Of a DNA stretch of 20,000 bases, positions 11,819-20,000 are shown in pieces. A model generated the notes under the pieces. It was not told the origin of the DNA, ran no database searches, and saw only the letters and a program-made list of their open reading frames with translations. Source of the stretch: Ancylonema sp. (taxonomy: Eukaryota); assembly GCA_050230475.1 (NCBI GenBank), contig JBFLGF010000086.1, positions 53,030-73,029 on the forward strand, written 5' to 3'. Both the position numbers and the translations under genes were made by a program. Positions within the stretch are counted from its first letter, which is position 1. Each line of letters starts with the position of its first letter.

Positions 11819-12330
11819 GACCAGAAATTTTAAGAGTGAGACAGGACAATAAGACTCAAAGGTACAAGATGCGACAACACAATTCGGAGGTGTAAGACGG
11901 GACGGTGTAGCACCAAGCAGTATCGGTTTTGAAGGGTTTGAAGGTGTTTTGAAGGTCAGGACGTCCGGGAGGTTTCCGATGAGACTCTGTAGAATTTGTA
12001 TGCCACGCACGGAATGCACCCAGCAGTAACACGCGTCGAAGTGGAGTCTGTTCTTCCACCGATCACCAGTTGGCAGTGGAGGAGTTTTCGGGTTCAGTTT
12101 TTCAGGCTTCTTTTACCGCCCCTATGTCATTCTCATTCTCATGGTTGGCTTCGCCCCGGGCGACAAATCATTTGACCCGGGGCATCTTTCGGGACAAATT
12201 TACTCAAAATGCCGCCCCGGGCGAAAAAACGGGGCCGAGCCAATGGCCTAAAAACAAATCCGCCGCAATGCGGAGGTGTGGCCGATTTTGTTCAGTTCTG
12301 ATTTTCTGCCTACCGTACCCGCCACATTTA

Positions 12331-12745
12331 CAGTGCTCCCTCGATATAACGACAAAAAATGTTACCAACAAAGTGTCGTTATATCGAGGTGCCGTTATAC
12401 ACTGAAATCTGTGTCCTTGTATCGAGGGACTTTTCGCATGAAGCAAAGTGAATAAGCAAATATGTTTATTATGTATTTCCTAGAGTCAGTTGCCTTGGCA
12501 TGATTATCCACTTCAACGTGTGTGTTGATATACGAGCTATACAAGTGCGTCATGATACCAATACATGCAGATGGACAATGAAATACCACAAAAATTTACG
12601 AGGAGAGTTGGGGAAGTTTATTAAGGTTGTTACAAAGCAACACCGGACACGCACATTTTGTTGGACATGGAGAAAAAGTTCCGAAAAAATGTCGTTACAC
12701 CGAGGTTGTCGTTATAAAGAGGGTCGTTATATCGAGGGGGCACTG
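12331..12745. mobile_element. pogo/Tigger-like MITE, 415 bp, 23-bp TIR, TA TSD
   Basis: TA+cagtgctccctcgatataacgac ... gtcgttatatcgagggggcactg+TA (22/23 match). Subterminal copies of gtcgttatatcgagg occur at ~12374, ~12413, ~12691 and ~12708. Confidence 0.92.
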
Positions 12746-12758
12746 TAATGTCCCACTA

Positions 12759-13428
12759 CCATGCTGGCTAGAGATGATGATCCGACATTAATTCCGAGAG
12801 GGCTGGATCGGATCATCATAATCAATTGGAATTTGGCCGCCTGGATCCCGTGAAAAATGGTGAATCATCATCCTAAAAGTGGCTCCCCGAGCATTTTAAG
12901 CTTATTACGGAGGTTATATGTACGGAGTCCCAACAAAAAACGAGAAAAAAACCCGCCGACCTATTGCGCAGACACGGACGACAGACGACAGTTGAGTGTA
13001 GGGACGCTCTTATCAACGAATCACATCCGTCTGATGCATCGATATTCCACGAGATGAATAAATGTCGACCACTAGTGAAGATGTGGGTACACTCGAATCC
13101 AACATCAAAAACTTCGTTATTAGAAACTCTTCGCTACAAAAAACTATTTGGAATTTTTACACTAAAAATGTGATTCATATATGCAATATTTGCTTTAATT
13201 GTTTTTTTCCAAATAAAAATAGGTTTATTTTATCGGGGTTTGAGTTGTATTCTGGCTATTGGTGGATCTTTATCTCATTTTGGGTCATTTAAATAATTAC
13301 ATTTTTCCCGGATCAAGTGCTTTGGATCATTATGATAATTCGAAAATATATATTAGATATATTGTGGATCATTTAGTTTAATATGTATTTTTGAAAATCT
13401 CCAAATCATCAATCTCTGGCCAGTACGG
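12759..13428. mobile_element. MITE of the CCGTACTGGCCA TIR family, 670 bp, TA TSD
   Basis: TA+ccatgctggctagagatgatgat ... atcatcaatctctggccagtacgg+TA (13/16 match, extending through tgatgat). The interior is AT-rich and non-coding. Confidence 0.8.
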
Positions 13429-13787
13429 TAATAAATTATTTATTTTCGAGTGGGACGAAAGTTCGGGTAGTAAATATTAATTACTAGGTCCGCTCTTCGG
13501 GAATATTCTCGGTGTTTTTATCTTGCCTAGGGCTAGATCTTTTACGAAGGGTTAAGGGCATTGTTAATATAATCTTGGGGCTTCACCCAATACTAAGATA
13601 TCTCACCTCACAAAAGGTGGAAGATTGATATTAACGAAGATATTTCATTTTCGTTGGAACGAATTTTGGATCATGTTCAAAATGAGATTAATCAAAGAGT
13701 GTTTGCAAATAATGTTGTATGTGTAAGGTAATAAAGGTTCCGGTGTTGTAGTATAAAAAAGTCACGCTGTAAAACGGATAAGATAAC

Positions 13788-14590
13788 ATACAATCAATAG
13801 GTCTTTTGTCTGCGATGAACCTGTCAAGATGAGTATTGGAAATCTGAGAAATATCATGAGGAAATCTTGTATCGAATTCTCGATTGCACTAGACGGAAGT
13901 TGCCCTAGATGTCGTGCTTGGATCTTCGGTAACAAAGCGCGTGTCACCGATCGAGCATCCACGTTGATGTCGTTGTTGATGTATGCATTGCAGTTGTAGT
14001 TGGCGTTCACGTTGATCGTTAATCCTGCACAATTGGTGCCTCCAAAAGGGTCCCACACGTTAAGTCCACGTTGCAACGCGCCAGGGTAAAAACGAACATC
14101 GTATCGAGGGGTGATGGGGACCGCGTCTCGAATTGGTATTCCCTGCCATTCGGAATGCAAGGGTGGAACGGGGTGCCGGCACACAACGTCGATGGCATGC
14201 TGGATCATAATGCTGCTATCCAACCTAAGCTTGTGGACCTTTGTGAGTTCGTGTGCCTCATTGACTTGTGCCAGACTTTTGGTTGCGGTGAAAAGCTTGA
14301 GTTTGTGTGCGTCCCGGATCTCAGAGTGTTTGCGTGTTGCCAGATAGTGAATGGTGTCAAGTTCCCATTCTTGAGTCTTTGGGTCATAGACAGGCAAAGT
14401 GGGTGGATCAGGTGATGGTGTCTATCCCTCTTGTGCCACCAGAAATTCAAAGTCTGCAAGAATGTATTCATCCTCGTTCGTGGCGAACTCGGTTTTATCA
14501 TTATTCTTTAGAAATGTGTCCATAGTGGTGTAGATGGTGTCGTGTGGAAGTCCTTGGTTCATGTACACCACTCCATATAGGGTTGGGCAA
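13788..14590 (-). pseudogene. Truncated DNA (cytosine-5)-methyltransferase N-terminal catalytic region with upstream linker, retrotransposon-type
   Basis: GLNVWDPFGGTNCAGL (motif I, FxG SAM-binding, ~14055-14020), AYINNDINVDARSV (motif II), LPKIQARHLGQLPSSAIE. After a frameshift near 13875 it continues FDTRFPHDISQIS..LDRFIADKRPIDCM (motif III DI and the strand before motif IV). The catalytic Cys motif is absent. The frame extends upstream through one TAG (14422-24) to ~14590. Confidence 0.72.
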
Positions 14591-14671
14591 CCTTAAAAAC
14601 TATAGCAATTTAAGACCCTTAATTAAGGTTTTTAAGTTAAGGTTTTAAACCCCTTGGATTTTCGGACCCTT

Positions 14672-15262
14672 GTTGCAACGCGCCAGGATAGTAAAATTCT
14701 TGAGTCTTTGGGTCGAACATCGTCTATCGAGGGGAATGATGTGGCGAACCGCGTCATAGTGGTGTAGATGGTGTCGAATTGGTTATTACACCACTCCATA
14801 TAGGGTTGCCATTTCGGAATGCTTAAAAGGCCACGTAACACTTGGAACGGGGTTCCTTGCCGGACACACACAACGTCGATGGCATGCTCAGGGGCTACTA
14901 ACCACATCATAATGCTGCTATCCAACACTAAGCTGCACATGTGGACCTTTCGTGATTCAACTCGATTTGCCTCATTGACTCATGTGCCTGAGACTTTTGG
15001 TTGCGGTGAAACCTAGCTTTGAGCTACCATCATCATGTGCATGCGTCCAAACTGGGATCTCAGAGTGTTTGCGTGTTGCCAGATAGTGAATGGTGTCAAG
15101 TTCCCAATATTCTAGATGTCTATATGGTGTCATAGACTTAGGACAAAGTGGTGTGGATCAGACACGTGATGGTGTCTATCGACCGTCTTGCATGTATTAC
15201 CATCCCCAGAAATTCAAAGTCTGCAGTGATAGAGATCCTTTTGCGTATGTATTCATCCTCGT
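14672..15262. repeat. Insertion-riddled duplicate of 14070..14478
   Basis: Colinear anchors shared with the first copy: gttgcaacgcgccagg, cacacaacgtcgatggcatgct, ggatctcagagtgtttgcgtgttgccagatagtgaatggtgtcaagttccca, ccagaaattcaaagtctgca, atgtattcatcctcgtt. The differences are almost all insertions. Confidence 0.9.
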
Positions 15263-15291
15263 TAAACACATGAATTAGCTGAGGTCAAGGG

Positions 15292-16090
15292 TTGTCAGGT
15301 TTACTAACAGGGAAAATGAATTTGAGTCAGTTGAGTCACGCCAAGGCCAGCGAGGATCTGGGGACATGCCCCAAGATGGGTCGCATTCACCTGGATCTGA
15401 TTGGACCTCTTTCTGTTAGGTGTGCTAATGGGGCATTCACATATGCACAGACAGGGATTGAGGTGTCCACACGTCTGTCATTTGTCAGTTTACTGAAAAC
15501 AAAGGATGAAGCACTGAACCGAGCAAAGATACAGTTGCTCGAAGTACAGTCAGGGTTACTACAGTCTATCAGGACAGACACGGAGGGTGGGGAGTATGTG
15601 TCTCAAGACTGGATGAACTGAACAAAAGTCATAACTTTGGGTGTCTGGTGCAATACTTAAAAGTTGGGGCAGAGAAGAACAGGCAAGGGGACAAGTTTGC
15701 CCCTCGCACTTGCTTTGGTGTGTTTTTGGGGATGGGTGCGGGGAGTGCAGGCTACAACGTGTTCGACCCTCATAGGGCGGGGGTGATAGCACGCACGGAC
15801 GTGCGGTTCTTCGAGGAGGTGCCGGGACCCAAAACTGATGGGGGGGAGAGCTCCCCAGGTTGAGGCTAAAGCAGAGAAACATTTCTTCTATCTGTTCCCC
15901 GACACCAAGGATGAACCCCCAGCAACAGTTGTGCCAGCAGCAGTAGTTCCCCCCATCATGCCAGCAGGTCGCGCCACCAATGCCAGCACCAGCAGCTCCA
16001 GCAGCCCCACCGCCAGCAGTTGCAAACAATCCCGAGCACGTCGACTTCCAGTCACAAGCAGCTGAGGTCCCCATTATTGCGATTGAGCTG
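15292..16090 (+). mobile_element. Ty1/Copia pol fragment: integrase core (internally deleted), SH3-like domain and low-complexity linker
   Basis: RIHLDLIGP..STRLSFVSLLKTKDEA..LEVQSG..SIRTDTEGGEYVS (rve core; first two catalytic Asp present, Glu region deleted near 15620), then KFAPRTCFGVFLGMG..GYNVFDP..VIARTDVRFFEE (Copia post-integrase SH3-like domain). Confidence 0.9.
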
Positions 16091-16094
16091 TCTG

Positions 16095-16961
16095 CCCTGT
16101 CCAATGGTGATCCCGTAATCTCGTTTGGTGACTCCCAACGATGTTGGTCTGTCCCGACCAGGTAAGATATTCTTCACCAGGGTCTCAGTCTGCCTCGGTG
16201 ATGCCGATTTTAATTGCCATGGTTACACCGATCATACAATCTCCTGACCCGGTATCCAGAACGATGTCTCCTGTGGGTTCGACTCCTTCGATGAAGAATA
16301 TATGTTTGTTCTTTTAGATTACATGCACCGTCCAATTGGTGGTGATGCGTGCGTCTGGTTCGATGAATGGCTTGGTGTTTTCTGGTTTGACTGTGGACTG
16401 AATTGCTGGTACCCTGCCCTGCAAAACCACTGGAATGCCCGCTTGCTGTTTCTGCCACTCTTTTTTGGTCAGGTTATCGCGACGGCAATCCTGCCAGATA
16501 TGGCCTGGTTGAAAACACACGGCGCACTTCTTTTCGTCCTTAGGTGGTGAAAGGGTGATGGGACCTGGTGCATGACACGCAACGAGAGGTGAGAATGTGA
16601 CAATTTTTTTGGTGAGGGTTGTCGATGCCTCATCTTGTGTTAGGACCCTCGATACAGTCACTAGGGCTCCCTAGCGAGGTCCCCACACTTAACGCTAGAG
16701 CACTACTAGCTCAGTTTTCCCTATAACGAGTTATGCCCCTATATAGTGAGAGTGGTGTCCCTAGCGGCCGCCTGGCACCTAGGGAGTATTCTGATGTGTC
16801 CTTAGCTCAGGCAATTGTGCCTTTAGCCAGACTTGATGTGTCATTAGCATATTCAGAGTGAGTTGTCCCACATTGATCCTAGAGTCGCCTAGGGTCGACT
16901 TTCCTAAATCTAGTCCATAGGAATAGCTCCGGAGCATTCCTATCAACTCATGTACTTGCAC
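16095..16961 (-). mobile_element. Ty3/Gypsy-like gag-protease relic (CCHC zinc knuckle + retropepsin)
   Basis: CAVCFQPGHIWQDC (CX2CX4HX4C, 16526-16485). In the same frame past TAA 16314 comes IFFIEG...IVLDTGSGDCMIGVTMAIKIGI (DTG at 16256-16248), then TSLGVTKRDYGITIG after a shift. The upstream in-frame segment to ~16961 is stop-riddled, so that boundary is uncertain. Confidence 0.8.
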
Positions 16962-17204
16962 TCATTATTGAGTTGTCATTATTACAACACAACCATTCCA
17001 TCCGGCTCACGCCATCTTGTCCTATCCGGCCTTTCGCCATCATATTGCTTGTGTGGATTTTTCAACTAGCTTGCTAGGGACGCCTTTGCATCCGCCCCTA
17101 ACACTTTGATAGGAATTAACATTTTTGAGGTTTTTTTTATTATAATACTCTGGATCTGAACCTCATTCAGCCGCCTTCATTTTTCATCTTCTTTCCATTC
17201 CACC

Positions 17205-17505
17205 ATGTCTTCTCCTAATTTATAAGAGGTCATGTAGGCTTTGCGCCAGATGCAAATATCACAAGATGAAAAGTTCAAAATATTGGCGGAAGAAAATCAG
17301 GATATTAAGAGCAAGTTTACAGATCTCTCCGAGCAGGTGGCTTATGAATCTAACTACCTGGCTTCACACCTTAGCACCCGAGCCTACACCCCCTCTCCAG
17401 GATCTGGTTCCAGCTGACCCCCCTAAGTTTGATGGCAAACCTCAGCATCTAAACCCCTTCTGCAACCAGTTCCGATCCATGATCAGGCTGGCTCCTATGC
17501 AAGGG
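17205..17505 (+). mobile_element. Ty3/Gypsy gag N-terminal fragment (degenerate)
   Basis: Coiled-coil-like ..KFKILAEENQDIKSKF.., then after a frameshift PEPTPP..ADPPKFDGKPQHLNPFCNQFRSMIRLAP, which matches the P.KFDG....L..F..Q capsid start of chromovirus/PEG10-like gags. Confidence 0.65.
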
Positions 17506-18319
17506 TAACGAGAATTCTGACAGCGGCAGAATTTCACACGATGCGTATGCAAAACGGCACACGACTTTTGAACAACTTGAGATGCGAGAGCACGCAGAAG
17601 CAAACGAGCGATTTCGCAGAACTTACGGCTGAATGGAGCAACGCGAAGTTTGCAGAAATTCACAGAGAATATCAAAGGCGAAACGGCACACTTGATATCG
17701 ATAGTAGACGGTTTCAGATACAAAAAATCACAGAGATTGCAACGGAATGACGATTGCAAAGAGTTTTTGAAATTTAAATAGCGTAAACTGACAGCGGAAG
17801 TTGGCAGTTCAGAAAGCGACTTAGGTTTTTAGACAATCGACGCGCCATTTCACACGCGCGGTAATCTAGATCTTATCTAGATCTAAGGCTGAAAACAAAT
17901 ATCGACTAGACAGCTAATCGTGACTGTCTATTCTAGATTTCTAGATTTTACACGTGCGGCAGTTCACTAGCTAGGCTGGCAGACTGAAATAAAGCACGAC
18001 GCGCACTGGGAATCTACTAACTCGTCGATACGACAACATACTCCGAATTAAAATCTAAAAAGTGGAACACCGACTTTTATAGATTCATTGAGTATAACAA
18101 AATTATAAAATCAAGCGTCTGGCTGAGCGTCTGGCTCGTATAACGACAGAGTTCGATATAACGACTAAAATCGACAATTACCAAAATTGCTATTTTTCAA
18201 GAGGATCGATAATTTAAAAAACTTTACTTTCTAACGATCTCTAGCGGCATGACATATCTACATCTGCCCATTTCAAATCTCCCTGTTTTTGTTCCGGACC
18301 CGTAGGCAACTGTAAGAAG

Positions 18320-19452
18320 CTCATTCCACCTCTTTTGATGAGGCATGACGTCGACACCAGGGTGCACGCAAAGGTAGGGACGTGGATCGAGATGAGAGGC
18401 TGAACGAAGAACGAGCTGCCGTTTCGGACTCGGATGTGCACGAAACCCATGCCTGCCACCTTGTGCGAGGAGCCGTCAGCAGTGGTGATGAAGGCTCTTT
18501 ACAAGCTCAGTGTGGGGATGTACTCGACGAAATATTCTCGCTCCGTGAAGATGTAGTCAGTAGCCCTTGACTCCAGGATGAGAGACTCTTTGTGAGAACC
18601 AGCAGACAGAGCTCGAGCAACATCAAATGAGAAAGCACCGAAAGCAAGATAATCCACATTGGCATCGGAAGGTGTGTCACTAAAACGGGCAAGTCTAGCC
18701 TGTGCTCCAGCCTTTCGCGCAGCCTTTGGGTTCATATCAGATGCACGTTTTCTACATTTGTTAACGGAATGCCCGACATTGTTGCAGTATCTACACTTGA
18801 TCTTCCCCCCTGAACTTCCTTGATGTGAGGCGACGACTCCGACCACGGGATAAGTGTAGACACCATGGGGCTGTAGTGAGTGTTGAGGGAGTTCAGCAGG
18901 CTGATCGCCTACTTCATCGGTGTCACCGGCGCACCCATACCCTTTAGGTCCTGACGGATTTGCTGGAACCGCTTCATGTAGACGTTGAGGTCTTCCGCTT
19001 CCGCCTGAATCATCGCGCTTAGTAGCGCCTCGGTATTTGCGATCTCAATCGCCCTTTGTACTCGGTAGAATGTCTTCAACGCCTCCCACGTCCCGGTAGC
19101 TGTAGTGCACTGTGTGACGTGCGTCACCTCCGAGGGACCCAAGTGCCTCACATTGTAGGCCATGGCAGCCAGATTCTGCTCGTCCCAAGTCTCAAGCTGT
19201 AGCAATTGTTGGGAAAATCTTATACGCCCTGGTCCTCCGCTCGACATCAACGTCGCCACCCCTAGCCGTAAGTTGCAGCTCTTCATCTGTGTTCAATGGT
19301 ATTATCACAACTGGACGTCGCTGCCGCAGCAGGCTGTCCCAATCCATCACCACACTATGCAACTTTTAAAAGGCTAGCCCATACTTGACCTTGAAGGCCC
19401 ATCCTGTATAATCTAGTCCAGTAAACTGCAGAATTTGAGATTTATCCGACAT
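18320..19452 (-). mobile_element. Ty1/Copia gag-protease relic
   Basis: MSDKSQILQFTGLDYTGWAFKVKYGL*KLHSVV (gag N-terminus), WDEQNLAAMA..VTQCTTATGTWEALKTFY..EDLNVYMKRF..LKGMGAPV (UBN2-type gag), CRYCNNVGHSVNKC knuckle, decayed protease site LILESRATDYIF (cf. WILDSGATxH), ITTADGSSHKVAGMG..HVPTFACTLVSTSCLIKRG. It contains stops and frameshifts. Confidence 0.9.
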
Positions 19453-20000
19453 TTATGGAAACACTTGTGTAGGATTTACGAGAATTCCCACGCACCTTCA
19501 GCTCACAGTGCAATTCGTGCAATGCAGCTCACAACTCAATTTTCCTGCAACGCAATGTCGAAATTACGTGCAGCACTGAACAACCACGGCTAAATTTGTC
19601 ATGACGCTAGAGATCGTTAAGGGTAAAACCTCTTTATAACAATATCCAGACCTCTCTAGTAAAATACCTTGTTAGAAGCAATCAGATTCGATATAAAGAT
19701 TTCGTGATTTCGTGTGAAGTTAGAATCAGTACTCCGCAAAATCCAACAACTTTTTTGTAAACTCGAAAATAACGCGTGGCGTATTTTCCGAGTGAAATAT
19801 CTAGTAGTCGTACAATTTAGACTGCGTGTCAAATGTTCACCGCTTAGCGCAACTTTGTTATCGACGATGATATTTGTGACTTGTCGATATTATCTCGGCG
19901 ATAAAATCCAGCTGTAGAATACTTGACGTCTATATTTGTAGCGCCGATATTAAATCAAACTTTTTAGAGTACAGCCTGTCGATTAACCATGTCGATTAAC

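Noticed and set aside
10925..12019. 364-aa ORF as a single-exon protein
   Set aside because: The N-terminal 67 aa precede the conserved start (MASMCRSC at 11818), and the C-terminus reads through intron 1. The spliced model fits the family.
13762..14397. 211-aa ORF as an intact functional gene
   Set aside because: It has no ATG start, an upstream in-frame stop, a C-terminus that is out-of-frame read-through, and no catalytic Cys motif. Treated as a pseudogene fragment.
17510..18240. ORFs 17442..17759 and 17541..17750, and short tandem agcgtctggct x2
   Set aside because: No recognisable motifs. Likely non-coding TE UTR/LTR-type sequence that cannot be classified from this window.
19670..20000. 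Possible 5' LTR of the minus-strand Copia (begins tgttag on +)
   Set aside because: No recognisable primer-binding site and no second LTR in the window to confirm it.

Overview
Eukaryotic nuclear DNA from a non-flowering land plant or close streptophyte relative. The very short, GC-rich introns plus a plastid-targeted MurC suggest a hornwort, other bryophyte or lycophyte (inference). The left half holds three intact spliced genes, reconstructed by hand exon by exon: a thylakoid-lumen PsbP-domain protein of the PPD3 type (-, 3497..5068, 9 exons, one GC-AG intron); a chloroplast peptidoglycan ligase MurC (+, 6182..8969, 13 exons), head-to-head with it; and a REI1/ZNF622-like 60S maturation zinc-finger gene (-, 9650..11818, 4 exons). 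From about 12.3 kb onward the window is a transposon graveyard: TA-flanked Tc1/mariner/pogo-type MITEs, two Copia fragments and a Gypsy gag fragment. The most notable item is a minus-strand Gypsy-like polyprotein relic in the order zinc knuckle > aspartic protease > (interruption) > linker > truncated DNA cytosine-5 methyltransferase domain, i.e. an apparent DNMT-carrying LTR retrotransposon. One 0.6-kb stretch (14672..15262) looks like two neighbouring sequences interleaved and is probably an assembly artefact. All family calls come from recalled motifs; no database search was run.
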